DNA from: an uncultured Gemmatimonadaceae bacterium
GTDB lineage: Bacteria > Gemmatimonadota > Gemmatimonadetes > Gemmatimonadales > Gemmatimonadaceae
Assembly (NCBI GenBank): GCA_963716745.1
Contig: OY970320.1
Span: 544,001-608,000, forward strand
Length of the DNA stretch: 64,000 nt
Direction of reading: 5' to 3'
Under the pieces are notes generated by a model. It was not told the origin of the DNA, searched no databases, and saw only the letters and a program-made list of their open reading frames with translations. Position 1 is the stretch's first letter; every line of letters begins with the position of its first letter. This document shows, piece by piece, positions 29,685 through 40,533 of this stretch. Both the position numbers and the translations under genes were made by a program.

Positions 29685-30754
29685 GTGCGGGGTGTCTCCT
29701 CGGAGAACGACCGCAGCGGGAGTGTGACTTCGCGGTCGGTGCGCGCGGATTCATAGATCGCGAGAATCAACTCGAGCGACTTCCGCCCCTCGCGCCCATC
29801 GGTGCCGGGCACGGCTTCGCCCCGCAGCACCTTCACCACGTTCTCGTAGTATGGCTTGTGCCCCGAGCCATAGACGCTCAGCGGATTCGGCGCCGCCTTC
29901 TGCGCCTCGGCCGCCTGGTCGATCGCATCGTCGCGCTTCGCGAATTCCCACGTCTCGATGCGATTCAGCGCGGTACCGCCCACCTTCACGGTGCCGTTCT
30001 CGCCGAGGATCGTGATCGACCCTTCGAGGTTCTTCGGGAAGGTGAGCATCGTGACCTCAATGGTGCCCATCGCGCCATTGCGAAATTTCAAGACCGCGAC
30101 GCCCGTGTCCTCGCTCTCGATGCGCCGCGCGAGGGTCGCGGTCTTCGCGCTCACGCTCGCCACGGGACCCACGAGCCACTGGATCATGTCCACGTAGTGG
30201 CTCGCCTGGTTCATGAACGCGCCGCCGTCGAACTCCCACGTGCCGCGCCATGGCGCCGCGTCGTAGTAACTCTGCGGACGGTTCCACCGCACGGTGGTGT
30301 TCGCGAGATAGATGCGTCCGAACCGGTCGCTGTCGATCGACTTCTTCAGGAGTTCGATCGCCGGGTTCAGCCGGTTCTGCTTCACCACGAACAAGTGCAC
30401 TCTCGCGTCGTCGCACGCTTTCACCAATGCGTCGGCCTCTTCCAGCCGCGTCGCGATCGGCTTCTCCGAGATCACGTGCAGCCCGTGCTTCGCCGCCATG
30501 ATCCCGTGCTTCGGATGCAGCCCACTCGGCGTGCAGATCACCGCGACGTCGGCCTTCACCTTGCTGAGCAGTTCCTCGGCGCTGGCGAAATGCGGCACCT
30601 TGAACTTCTCGCCGGCCTCTTTCGCGCGCGCCGCGACCTCATCGCACACACCCGCGAGCTTCAGACTCGGCTGGCTCGCGATCGCCTCGAAATGTCGCTC
30701 GCTGATCCGGCCGCAGCCGATCAGCACGACGCGGAACGTTCGCTCGGCCGCCAT
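29681..30754 (-). CDS. wbpB: Gfo/Idh/MocA oxidoreductase (WbpB/WlbA-like UDP-GlcNAcA 3-dehydrogenase)
   Basis: GCGRIS, ICTPSGLH, EKP, VVKQNRLN, WRGTWEFDGGAFMNQASHYVD. Confidence 0.85.
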   Translation of the reverse strand: MAAERTFRVVLIGCGRISERHFEAIASQPSLKLAGVCDEVAARAKEAGEKFKVPHFASAEELLSKVKADVAVICTPSGLHPKHGIMAAKHGLHVISEKPIATRLEEADALVKACDDARVHLFVVKQNRLNPAIELLKKSIDSDRFGRIYLANTTVRWNRPQSYYDAAPWRGTWEFDGGAFMNQASHYVDMIQWLVGPVASVSAKTATLARRIESEDTGVAVLKFRNGAMGTIEVTMLTFPKNLEGSITILGENGTVKVGGTALNRIETWEFAKRDDAIDQAAEAQKAAPNPLSVYGSGHKPYYENVVKVLRGEAVPGTDGREGRKSLELILAIYESARTDREVTLPLRSFSEETPRT

Positions 30755-32067
30755 CAGCTCTTCGAGCCGCGATAGGCCGCCGTCGCGTTGCGCGTGTCGA
30801 TCACAATGCTCGCGAGGCGCGACACGCGAGCGTAGTCCACGGAGCTATGGTCGGTCACGACCATCACCGCATCGGCGCCGCTGAGCGCCGCGTCGGTGAG
30901 CGGCACCGACTTGCCGACTGCGCCCTCGGGCGTATGATCGTCGGCGCGGATCTCGGCCACGTGCGGGTCGTGATAGCTCACCACGCAGCCCTTCTGCGAG
31001 AGCAGATCGAGGATGTCGAGTGCAGGAGATTCACGCAGGTCATCCACATCACGCTTGTACGCGACGCCAAGCACGAGTACGCGCGCGCCCTTGAGCGCCT
31101 TGCCCGCATCGTTGAGTGCGTCCTGCATCTTCGCGACCCAGAACGCCGGCATCTCGGTGTTGATCTCGCCCGCGAGTTCGATCATCCGCGTCTTGTAGTG
31201 CAGCGTGCGCATCTTCCACGCGAGATAGTGGGGGTCGAGCGGAATGCAGTGGCCGCCAAGCCCCGGACCTGGCGTGAATTTCATGAACCCGAACGGCTTC
31301 GTCGCTGCGGCCTCGATCACTTCCCATACGCTCACGCCGAGCTTGTCGCAGATCACGGCCATCTCGTTCACGAGGCCGATGTTGATCATGCGGAAGGTGT
31401 TCTCGAGGAGCTTGGTGAGCTCGGCCGCCTCGGGCGAACTCACCTGGATCACCTTGTCGATGAACAACTCATAGACGCGTTTACCCAGCTCGCTGCAGCG
31501 TGGCGTGACGCCGCCGAGCACTTTCGGAGTGTTCTTCGTGTGCCACTGCGCGTTGCCCGGGTCCACGCGCTCAGGGCTAAAGCAAAGGAAGAAGCCATCG
31601 CCCACCGTGAGACCCTTCTTCTCGAAGCTGGGCTCCATCAATTCACGCGTGGTGCCCGGATAGGTGGTGCTCTCGAGCACGATGAGCTGGCCGGGACGCA
31701 GCGCGGCGGCCACCGATTCGGTGGCGGCGACGACGAAGCTCATGTCGGGATCTTTCGTTTTCCCGAGCGGTGTGGGCACGCACACCGAGATCACGTCGCA
31801 TTCCTTGAGGCGCGACATGTCGAGCGTCGCTTCGAGCTTGCCCGACTTGCGCAGCGCCTGCACGTCGGCGGCGAGCACGTCCTTGATGTGGCTCTCGCCC
31901 GCGTTCACGCCGGCCACGATGCGATCGCTCACCTCGAAGCCGATCACTTTCAGCCCAGCCTTCCCCATCTCGACGGCGAGCGGGAGCCCGACGTAGCCGA
32001 GCCCCAGCACGCCGCACGTGATGTCCCGCTTCTGGATCTTGGAAGAGAGCGTTTCGTAGTTGGTCAT
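30754..32067 (-). CDS. wbpA: UDP-N-acetylglucosamine 6-dehydrogenase (WbpA-like)
   Basis: GLGYVGLPLA, CVPTP, ESTTYPGTT, SPERVDPG, KLLENTFR, GPGLGGHCIPLDP. Confidence 0.88.
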   Translation of the reverse strand: MTNYETLSSKIQKRDITCGVLGLGYVGLPLAVEMGKAGLKVIGFEVSDRIVAGVNAGESHIKDVLAADVQALRKSGKLEATLDMSRLKECDVISVCVPTPLGKTKDPDMSFVVAATESVAAALRPGQLIVLESTTYPGTTRELMEPSFEKKGLTVGDGFFLCFSPERVDPGNAQWHTKNTPKVLGGVTPRCSELGKRVYELFIDKVIQVSSPEAAELTKLLENTFRMINIGLVNEMAVICDKLGVSVWEVIEAAATKPFGFMKFTPGPGLGGHCIPLDPHYLAWKMRTLHYKTRMIELAGEINTEMPAFWVAKMQDALNDAGKALKGARVLVLGVAYKRDVDDLRESPALDILDLLSQKGCVVSYHDPHVAEIRADDHTPEGAVGKSVPLTDAALSGADAVMVVTDHSSVDYARVSRLASIVIDTRNATAAYRGSKS

Positions 32068-32139
32068 GCCGGCGGGCCGAGGTTCACGAAGGGATGCGGC
32101 AAGCTAACCGCCGCTCGCAGGGCGAACAAGCGAAGGCGA

Positions 32140-33418
32140 TCAACCCTTCGCGCCGGCGGCGCGCATTCGCCCGAGTGCTGCGGCGTCGAGCCGCACGCGG
32201 ATCACCATCTCTTCGCCGTCGTTACGTTGGTCGATCACTTCGCCCGCGCGGTGCAGCTCGGCGAGCAGTCGGCCATCGCTCGTACTGACGCGCAGTTCGG
32301 TGACCGGCTTCAGCTTCCGCACGATCCCGAGCAGCGCGCGCCGCAGCGGCTCGAGGCCATCCTCCGACACGGCGGACACGAACACCGAATCCGGCGCGAT
32401 GTCCTTCGCGCGCGCGTGCAACCCCGGGAGCGCGTCCTCCGCCACAAGATCCATCTTGTTGAAGACGACGAGCATCGGCCGGTCGCCGGCGCCGAGTTCC
32501 TCGAGCACTTCGGTCACCGTGCGCGCTTGGTCCTCCCAGAGCGGGTGGCTCGCGTCGATCACGTGCAGGAGGAGGTCGGCCTCTCGAACTTCCTCGAGCG
32601 TGGCGCGGAAGCTCGCGACGAGATCGTGCGGCAGCTTGCGGATGAAGCCCACGGTGTCGGTCACGAGCACGCGCTGTGATTCGCCGAGGTCCACCTCGCG
32701 CGTGAGCGGATCGAGCGTCGCGAACAGGCGGTTCTCCACGAAGATGTCCGCCGCTTCGGCAAGCGAGCGCAGGATCGAGGACTTGCCGGCATTCGTGTAG
32801 CCGACGAGCGACGCGCGGAAGCTCGTGCGCCGCGACGACCGCTGCACGGCGCGCGCGCGCTGCACGTCAGCGAGCTTGTCCTTGAGCGCGCCGATGCGGT
32901 GGCCGATGAGGCGGCGGTCGGTCTCGAGCTGCGTTTCGCCGGGGCCGCGCATGCCGATACCGCCTCGGAACTTCTCGAGATGCGTCCACATGCGCGTGAG
33001 GCGCGGCAGCAGGTATTCGAGCTGCGCCAGCTCCACCTGCATCTTGGCCTCGCTCGTACGCGCGCGCACCGCGAAGATGTCGAGGATCAACTCCGCGCGG
33101 TCCATCACGCGCTTCCCCACCGCGTTCTCGATGTTGCGCAGCTGCGCCGGGCGTGAGCTCGTCGTCGAAGATCACGAGCGTGGCCTGCTTCTCGTCGATG
33201 AGCGACTTGAGCTCCTCGAGCTTGCCGCTGCCGAGGTAGGTGCCCGGGTGAGGCCGGTCGAGGAGCTGCGTGACCTCGCCCACGACCGTGGCGCCCGCGG
33301 TGTCGGCGAGCTCCGACAGCTCCTCGAGATGTTCGTCGAGGCGCCGCCGCGCTCCCGCGCCCTTCATCGGCGCACCGACCAACAGCGCGCGCTCGACGAC
33401 GGTCTCCAGCGAGATCAT
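32140..33418 (-). CDS. hflX: GTPase HflX (frameshift near 33150; start may be TTG 33430)
   Basis: YLGSGKLEE, ELAQLEYLLPRL, GPGETQLETDRR, VGYTNAGKSS, LFATLDP, DTVGFI, NKMD. Confidence 0.95.
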
Positions 33419-33467
33419 TTCACGGGTCAAATCGGTGCTCCGCTAATGGATCCAGTCAACGAACTGC

Positions 33468-33558
33468 TTGACAGGATTAACATGATTTTGATGATTTGAA
33501 CGACTCGGTTGCTCGGCATTTCGCCGTTCCATCAAGCAAATCATGTTAATCCTGTCAA
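33468..33558. repeat. AT-rich palindrome with perfect 21-bp arms, overlapping the rarA stop
   Basis: ttgacaggattaacatgattt (33468-33488) / aaatcatgttaatcctgtcaa (33538-33558). Confidence 0.9.
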
Positions 33559-34932
33559 AGCTCTTTTTTGTCGTCTGGTGAATCAGTCGGGCTCTTGAGA
33601 CTCTCCCACCACGCGATGCGCTTGGCGATCTCCTTCTCGAAGCCGAACTTCCCGGGCTCGTAGAATCGTGCGTCGGCAATCTCGTCCGGGAGATACTGCT
33701 GCGGGATGTACGCGTTCTCCGAGTCGTGCGCGTACTTGTAGTCCTTGCAGTACCCGAGATCCTTCATGAGCGCGGTGGGCGCGTTCCGGATGTGAAGCGG
33801 CACCGGTGCGGCCGGCGTCTCGCGCGCGGCGGCCATCGCGCCGCTCCAACGCACGCTTGGTCGCGTTCGACTTGGGCGCGGTGGCCAGGTAGATGGTCAT
33901 CTCCGCCAGCGGAAGATAACCCTCGGGCGCGCCGAGCATGTGGTACGCGTCGCGCGCGGCCATCGCGAGCTGCAGCGCGTTCGGGTCGGCGAGGCCGATG
34001 TCCTCCGCGGCCATCGCGATCGCGCGGCGGAAGAGGGTCATCGGGATCCTCGCCGCCGTCGATCATGCGCGCCATCCAGTAGAGCGCGCCCTGCGGATCG
34101 CTGCCGCGCAGCGACTTGTGGTACGCCGAGAGCGGTTGAAGTGCTCTTCCCCGCTCTTGTCGTAGCGCGCGAAACGCTTCTGCAGCGCCTCGCGCACGAC
34201 GTCCACGGTGATCGTGCCGTTGAAGCCCGCGTGTGCGGCGGCGGCCTCGAGCGCGGTGAGCGCGCGGCGCGCATCGCCGTCGGCCTCCGTAGCGAGCAAC
34301 GCGCGCGCATCTGGCTCGAGCGTGAGTTTGAGACGGCCCAGGCCGCGCGACTCGTCGGTGAGCGCGCGGTCGATGAGCGCCGTGATGTCCTCCGCCGTGA
34401 GCGGCTCGAGCACGAACACGCGCGTGCGCGAGAGCAGCGCGCCGATCACCTCGAACGATGGATTCTCGGTCGTCGCGCCGATGAGCGTGACGGTGCCGCG
34501 CTCCACGTGCGGCAGGAACGCATCCTGCTGCGACTTGTTCAACCGATGGATCTCGTCCACGAACAGCACGGTGCCCCGCTGATTCGTCGCCAGCCGCTCC
34601 TCGGCTTCCGCTATGATCTCGCGGAGCCGCGGCACGCCCTCGGTGACGGCCGAGAACGGGACGAACGCGCGGTCGCCATGCTGCGCGACGAGCAGCGCGA
34701 GCGACGTCTTCCCGCTGCCCGGCGGACCCCAGAAGATCATCGAGTCCACCCGCCCCTGCTCGATCGCGACGCGCAGCGCCTTGCCGGGCGCGAGCAGCTG
34801 CTGCTGCCCCGCGAACTCGTCGAGCGTGCGCGGCCGCATGCGCGCGGCGAGCGGCTGCGCCGCCACGGGCGCCTGGAAGAGTTGCGACTCGCTCCCGGCG
34901 CGGCCTTTCCCCACTGCGGCGCGCGACTTCAT
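33555..34932 (-). CDS. rarA: Replication-associated recombination protein A (MgsA); frameshifted
   Basis: PLAARMRP, WGPPGSGKT, DEIHR, GATTENPSFE, EDIGLADP, YLATAPKSN, VPLHIRNAPT. Confidence 0.93.
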
Positions 34933-35639
34933 GCGGGCATCAGCGCGCGGGCGCCGAGATAGGTCGCCACTCCGACGAAGAATCCCGCCTGCAAATGCCA
35001 GCCGCGCTTCGCCTGGAATTCCGGGATCAGGTTCGACGCGCCCACGTACAGCGTGACGCCCGCCGAGAGCGCGAGCCCCCACGTCGCGAGCCACGGGATG
35101 CGCGGCGTCGCGATCGCCCCGAGCACGGTCGCCGCGCCAAGCAGCGCCGCCGCGAAGAACGCGCGCCGGCGTCCTGCGCCCGCGGCGAGGAACAGACTCG
35201 CGATGGCCAGCCCCTCGGGCAGCTTGTGCAGCGCGATCGCGAGGAACACCAATGCGCCGAGCTGCGCACTCGCGGCGCTCGCGCTCGCGATGGCCACCCC
35301 GTCCACGGTGGTATGCACCATGAGCCCGATGAGCGCCGAGACGCTCACCGCCTCGGAGACCTTGTGCGTCTCCTCGCCGAAATGGAAATGCGGCGCGAGC
35401 GCGTGCTGCGTGAGGTGCACCGCGAGGAATCCGCCGAGCGCGACGACGGCCGCGGTCCGACCGCCCGCCGCGTACGCCGCCGGCAGCATGTCGAGGAGCG
35501 CCACCGAGATCATGAAGCCCGCCGCGAGCGCGATGACGGTCTCGAGCGCGCGCATGCTCCAACCGGAGCGCCATGTGACCGCCGCGGCGCCGGCAAGATT
35601 CGCCGCGGCCGCGGCGAGCGCGAGCACGAGCGGCGTCAT
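34929..35639 (-). CDS. ZIP-family metal transporter
   Basis: ALAAGFMI, HFHFGEETH, HTTVDGVAI, HKLPEGLAI. Confidence 0.9.
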   Translation of the reverse strand: MTPLVLALAAAAANLAGAAAVTWRSGWSMRALETVIALAAGFMISVALLDMLPAAYAAGGRTAAVVALGGFLAVHLTQHALAPHFHFGEETHKVSEAVSVSALIGLMVHTTVDGVAIASASAASAQLGALVFLAIALHKLPEGLAIASLFLAAGAGRRRAFFAAALLGAATVLGAIATPRIPWLATWGLALSAGVTLYVGASNLIPEFQAKRGWHLQAGFFVGVATYLGARALMPA

Positions 35640-36169
35640 GCCGCTGCCAGCCCCAGGGTATTCGCCGCGCGCGCGACGAGCTCGCTCAATTCCGGCGCCG
35701 GTGACTCTCCGTGCCGCGCGAACTTCCAACTCTTCGTGCGCACGAGCCGCTGCTCCTTGATCCCCTTCCCTTCGAGCACGTTCGCCCAGCGGTCGCTCTG
35801 CGAATAGATGAACAGTTCGCGCACGGGATTCAGCGTGAGCTGATCGTTCGGCGTGAACACCATGATCTGCACGCCGCCGAGGGCCACCAGCGGTTGCTCG
35901 AGCGCCGCGAGTGCCTCGCGCACGGCGGCGCCCGATGGCGCCGGTCCTTTCCACGAGCGCTCGGCGTGCTTGTCGTCCATCTCCACCGTGACAGCGCCGC
36001 TCAATTCGCTCAACAGCGAGAAGAAGAGCATGACCGCGCCCTGCTCGCCGGCCACCACGTGGAACGCCCAGTAGCCGCCGGACTCCTTCGTCATCGTGAA
36101 TCCGCTCGGCGCGGTGCGGAATTGATCCCAGAATGGCATTTGCAGCGGATGGTCGCGGAAGATGGACAT
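35636..36169 (-). CDS. Hypothetical protein (177 aa)
   Basis: Fills the gap between cca and ZIP with near-abutting ends; normal composition. Confidence 0.7.
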   Translation of the reverse strand: MSIFRDHPLQMPFWDQFRTAPSGFTMTKESGGYWAFHVVAGEQGAVMLFFSLLSELSGAVTVEMDDKHAERSWKGPAPSGAAVREALAALEQPLVALGGVQIMVFTPNDQLTLNPVRELFIYSQSDRWANVLEGKGIKEQRLVRTKSWKFARHGESPAPELSELVARAANTLGLAAA

Positions 36170-36173
36170 GGCG

Positions 36174-37493
36174 CTACTTGGTCTCGAGCGCGCGCGCCAG
36201 CAGCGCCGTGCGCGTGTTGCGCGCCGGATCCTCTAATACCCACTCGAGCAGCGATTGGAGCATCTTCCCCATCGCCGGGCCCGCCGGGATCCCCGCGCCG
36301 CGCAGATCGTCACCGTCGATCGCGAGATCGCCCATCTCCACCGGCTCGTGGAACGCCGCGCGCGACATCCGGCGGTACAGCGACGCCACGCGCTCAGCGG
36401 TGGGCGCGGGCATAGACGCGCCGCGCTCCGCCGCATAGCGCGCCGCGAGCAGCCGCATCACCGCGCCCACGCGCAGCCGCCCGGCCGCCGCCACCCAGCG
36501 GCGCACCATCACCGCCGTCACCGGCGCGCTCGCCGAGATCGCGGCGCGCACCTGCGGCTCGAGCGCGCGCCACCGCTCGAGTACTTCCTTGATCCACGAC
36601 ACGTCGCTGTTGGAGAACTTGAGCGCCTTGAGCGCGCGCTCGGCATCCTTGGGCGCGAGTTCGGCGAAGAGTGCGGTGAGGCGGTCGATGCGCCGCTCCG
36701 GGTGCGCGGCGCCGCGCGGCTGCGCCATCGCGTCGAGCGACTTGAGCGTCACGTCGCTCACGCTCGCGAGCGGCGGCACGAGCGACTTGAACGCGCCGCT
36801 CGCGCGCCAGAGCTTCATCGCTTCACTCGGCCACGCGACCTGCTCCATCGACTTCTCGAGTTCCTGCTTCACGCGTTCCATCGAGAGGCGGCCGAGGTGC
36901 GGCGCGCTGTCCACGATCGCTTTCCAGGTGGCCGAGTCGATCGTGAATCCGAATCGCGCCGCGAACCGCAGCGCACGCAGCGCGCGCAGGCGATCCTCCT
37001 TCATGCGATCGGCCGCCTTGCCCACCGCGCGCACGACGCGCTGCTCGAGATCGGCGCGGCCCTCGAATGGATCGTGCAGTTCCTTGCGCGACGCCGAGTA
37101 CGCGATGGCGTTGATCGTGAAGTCGCGCCGGGCGAGATCCTCGTCCAGCGACGCGCCGAACTCCACTTCGGCGTGGCGGCCATCCGTCTTCACGTCGCGG
37201 CGGAAGGTCGTGACCTCGTGCATGCCGCCGGCGGGATCGAGCACGCCCATCGTGCCGAACTTGATCCCCACGGGCACCGTGCGCTTGAAGAGTCGCTTCA
37301 CCTGCGTGGGCGTCGCGGCGGTGGCGAGATCCCAGTCGAGATGCGCCTCTCCCAGCAGCGCGTCGCGCACGGCGCCCCCAACGAACCAGGTCTCGAAGCC
37401 CGCGCCCTCCAGCGTGCGCGCGATGTCGAGCACAACGCCCGGTGGCTTCAGGTGCGACTGATCGCGCGCATTCATTCGCTCTGGCTCCGCCAC
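36174..37493 (-). CDS. cca: CCA tRNA nucleotidyltransferase
   Basis: VGGAVRDALLG, DWDLAT, EVTTFRRD, DLARRDFTINA, EDRLRALRALRFAARF; consistent with tRNAs lacking encoded CCA. Confidence 0.88.
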   Translation of the reverse strand: MAEPERMNARDQSHLKPPGVVLDIARTLEGAGFETWFVGGAVRDALLGEAHLDWDLATAATPTQVKRLFKRTVPVGIKFGTMGVLDPAGGMHEVTTFRRDVKTDGRHAEVEFGASLDEDLARRDFTINAIAYSASRKELHDPFEGRADLEQRVVRAVGKAADRMKEDRLRALRALRFAARFGFTIDSATWKAIVDSAPHLGRLSMERVKQELEKSMEQVAWPSEAMKLWRASGAFKSLVPPLASVSDVTLKSLDAMAQPRGAAHPERRIDRLTALFAELAPKDAERALKALKFSNSDVSWIKEVLERWRALEPQVRAAISASAPVTAVMVRRWVAAAGRLRVGAVMRLLAARYAAERGASMPAPTAERVASLYRRMSRAAFHEPVEMGDLAIDGDDLRGAGIPAGPAMGKMLQSLLEWVLEDPARNTRTALLARALETK

Positions 37494-38455
37494 TCGAACA
37501 CTTCTCTGATGCCCGCCATGTCGAGGCCGTCACCGAGCGCGAGCAGCAGATCTATTCGCGCTTGCGGAGGACGGCGGCCACCCGCGAGGATCGTGCCCAT
37601 CGCGTGCAGCCGGCGCCCGCCACCTTCGTAGGCGTACGTTTCGCCGACGCGTCCGCGCTGCGCGCGCGAGGCGATCACGACCGGCTTCCCCTCCGCGATC
37701 CAGCGCGCGATGCCCGGCACCATCGCGGGCGGCACATTTCCGCGCCCCATCCCCGCCACCACGAGCCCGCGCGCGGTGGCACGCGATGCTTCGAGCAACC
37801 GGTCGTCGGCGCCGGCCCACGCGTACACGATGTCCACCGGTCCGCCAGGCGCCGTGGGAGTGAGCACCGGCGGCGCGGGCGGCAGCGCGCGCCGGAATAT
37901 CACGGCGCCATCGTCGATCACCGCGATCGGGCCGAGTCCCGGGCTCTCGAACGCATCGAGCAAGTGCGTATGCGCCTTCGTGACGTCGAGCCCCGTGAAG
38001 ATGCGCCCACCCATCGCGACCATCGCGCCGAATCCGCGCGAGTCCGGGCTCGCGGCAACGCGCACCGCATCGAGGAGATTCGCGGGTCCGTCCCAGCCAA
38101 GATCGCTCGCGGTGCGCATCGCGCCGGTGAACACCACCGGTTTGTCGCCCGGCACCGAGCGCGCGATGAGATACGCGCTCTCCTCGAGCGAATCGGTGCC
38201 ATGCGTCACGACCACGCCGGCCACGTCTGCGCGCGCGAGATGCTCCATGATGCGCGCGCGCAGCGCCCACATGCGCTCGATCGTCATGTGCGGCCCGGGG
38301 AACGCGCCGAACTCATCCAGCTCCACCGGCGCCACGCTCTCGATGCCGCGCGTCGCCGCGAGGATCTCCTTCCCGCTCAGCGCCGGCACCGCCCCGCCCT
38401 GCGCCGAATCCATGCGCATGGAGATCGTGCCACCGGTGAAGACGATCGGGATCAT
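37472..38455 (-). CDS. L-asparaginase (classical type I/II family)
   Basis: FTGGTISM, VVTHGTDSLEE, VFTGAMR, DGPANL. Confidence 0.92.
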   Translation of the reverse strand: MIPIVFTGGTISMRMDSAQGGAVPALSGKEILAATRGIESVAPVELDEFGAFPGPHMTIERMWALRARIMEHLARADVAGVVVTHGTDSLEESAYLIARSVPGDKPVVFTGAMRTASDLGWDGPANLLDAVRVAASPDSRGFGAMVAMGGRIFTGLDVTKAHTHLLDAFESPGLGPIAVIDDGAVIFRRALPPAPPVLTPTAPGGPVDIVYAWAGADDRLLEASRATARGLVVAGMGRGNVPPAMVPGIARWIAEGKPVVIASRAQRGRVGETYAYEGGGRRLHAMGTILAGGRRPPQARIDLLLALGDGLDMAGIREVFEWRSQSE

Positions 38456-38462
38456 GCCGCGC

Positions 38463-39218
38463 TCACCCGCACAGCACGCTGCCGCCGTTCACGTTCACGA
38501 TCTCGCCGGTGATGTGTCGGGCCATCGCCGAGCAGAGGAACACGATCGGCCCCGCGATGTCCTCGGCGGTCGCGATGCGCCCGATCGGGATCGTCGCGGC
38601 GATGCGCGCGCGCCCGCCGCCGGCGTAGGGCACGGCGGCCATCTCGGTGTCCACCCATCCGGGCGCCACACTGTTCACTGTGATGCCGCGCGGCGCGGTC
38701 TCGATCGCGAGCGACTTCACGAAACTGATCATCGCGCCTTTGCTCGCAGCGTAATCGGCGTGCATCGGCTCGCCGCGCTGGCCGGCGGTAGAGGACACAA
38801 GCACGATCCTGCCGCCATCACTGAGGATGCGGAGCGCGGCGCGCGTGGAGAAGAACATCCCGTCCACATTCTCCTTCATCGTGTTCGACCATCGGCCATC
38901 GGCCATCGTCTCGGCGGTCGCCGCCTCCACCGGCCAGATGCCTGCATTCCCGATGAAGAAGTCGATCCCGCCGAACACCTTCCTAGCGCGCGCCGCCAGT
39001 TCTTCCGAACCCCTGCTCGTCGAGATATCCGACGCGTGCGCAAACGCCTTCACGCCGAGCGCAATGCAACGCTTCACGATCGCTTCGGCGTCCGCGGCGC
39101 GCGTGTGGTAGCCGATCCCCACATCCACTCCTCCCTTCGCGAGCATGAGCGCCGTCGCCGCGCCAATGCCCCGCGACCCGCCTGTGACCAGCGCACGCTT
39201 TCCCTTGAGATCGATCAC
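38463..39218 (-). CDS. SDR family oxidoreductase (FabG-like)
   Basis: TGGSRGIG, NAG, YAASKG, VAPGWVDT. Confidence 0.9.
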   Translation of the reverse strand: MIDLKGKRALVTGGSRGIGAATALMLAKGGVDVGIGYHTRAADAEAIVKRCIALGVKAFAHASDISTSRGSEELAARARKVFGGIDFFIGNAGIWPVEAATAETMADGRWSNTMKENVDGMFFSTRAALRILSDGGRIVLVSSTAGQRGEPMHADYAASKGAMISFVKSLAIETAPRGITVNSVAPGWVDTEMAAVPYAGGGRARIAATIPIGRIATAEDIAGPIVFLCSAMARHITGEIVNVNGGSVLCG

Positions 39219-39778
39219 AGCGCGCTCTCCACCAGCTCGCAGATCACGTGTTCGATGCAGAGGTGGATCTCCTGCGCGCGATCGGTGCGCTGCGTGGGCA
39301 CGACCACCGAGTGATCGGCGAGCGCCTTGAGCTTTCCGCCGTCGCGCGCGGTGAACGCGAGCACGGGTACGCCTCTCGTCTTCGCCGCCTCGGCCGCGCG
39401 CAACACGTTGGGCGACGTGCCGCTCGTCGAGTGGATGATGAGCAGGTCGCCCTTCCGGCACAGCGCTTCCACCTGTCGCGAGAACACGTACTCGAAGCCG
39501 AGATCGTTCCCGACCGCGGTGAGCAGCGATGTGTCCGTCGTGAGCGCCACCGCCGGATACGCACGGCGATCCTTCATGTACCGCACCACGTACTCGGCGG
39601 CCATGTGCTGGGCGTCGGCCGCGCTGCCACCGTTGCCGCAGAAATAGAGCGTGCCGCCGCCTGTCACCGTGGCGCGCACCATCTCCAGCGCGCGCTCGAG
39701 CTGCGGAGCGATCGTGTCGGCCGTACGAGTCGCCGTGTCGGCGAGTTCGCGCAGTGCCTGCGTCAGTCGGTCGGTCAT
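39215..39778 (-). CDS. gmhA: D-sedoheptulose-7-phosphate isomerase
   Basis: CGNGGSAADAQH, NDLGFEYVFSRQV, STSGTSPNV, QEIH. Confidence 0.95.
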   Translation of the reverse strand: MTDRLTQALRELADTATRTADTIAPQLERALEMVRATVTGGGTLYFCGNGGSAADAQHMAAEYVVRYMKDRRAYPAVALTTDTSLLTAVGNDLGFEYVFSRQVEALCRKGDLLIIHSTSGTSPNVLRAAEAAKTRGVPVLAFTARDGGKLKALADHSVVVPTQRTDRAQEIHLCIEHVICELVESAL

Positions 39779-40533
39779 GGGCGTCCGGTGATGAGGGCGC
39801 GGAGTCGGGCGAGCACGCCCTCCTCCACCTCGGGGATCGGGTCTACGGGAAGCATCCCCTGATTCGCGAGGACGCGTCCGGGATTCGTCTCGGTGAGCAG
39901 TACCGCCTGTTCGGCCGCGCCGATCTCCTCGAGCCATCGGCGCGCCGTCACGAGCGAGCGCATGTCGGCGTGGTTATCGCTGGCGATACAATCCACGAGC
40001 CCGTGCTGGAGCAACGCACGCGCGAGCCGGCACATGGGCGCGTTGCCGAACAGCATCGCGGAGTCCACCTGCATCACGGCTCCCGATCCACGCCATTCCT
40101 CCACCTGCTCGAGCGTCGCGCCGCGGTAGCGCTCCGGATGCGCGAGCACCGGCACCATGCCGCTCATGCGCAGCCGGTAGATCTCGCGCGCCGCATTCGG
40201 CGGCACGGTCATGCCGGCGAACTCCACGAGCGCGGCATTGGATCCGCCCAGGTGCAGTTCCGTGCGCGTGAGATCCACGCCCGGCAGATCGAGCTGGATC
40301 TCCCAGCCCGTGCGCAGCGCGAGCGTTTTCGGAGCGTGCGCTTGCAGCTCCGCGTGCAGCGCCGCGTGCTCGGCGACCGGGGCGTCATCCGCGCGGCTCG
40401 CGTCGAGATGCGGAGTGCACACGAGCACGGTCACGCCCTCTCTCGCGAAGCGCTCGAGCACCGGCAGCGCCTCGCTGAGCGACTGCGCGCCGTCGTCCAC
40501 CCCGGGCAGGAGGTGGCTGTGGATGTCGATCAC
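39775..40533 (-). CDS. PHP-family protein-tyrosine phosphatase (CpsB/CapC-like)
   Basis: IDIHSHLLPGVDDG, TPH, AHPERY, IASDNH. Confidence 0.9.
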   Translation of the reverse strand: MIDIHSHLLPGVDDGAQSLSEALPVLERFAREGVTVLVCTPHLDASRADDAPVAEHAALHAELQAHAPKTLALRTGWEIQLDLPGVDLTRTELHLGGSNAALVEFAGMTVPPNAAREIYRLRMSGMVPVLAHPERYRGATLEQVEEWRGSGAVMQVDSAMLFGNAPMCRLARALLQHGLVDCIASDNHADMRSLVTARRWLEEIGAAEQAVLLTETNPGRVLANQGMLPVDPIPEVEEGVLARLRALITGRP

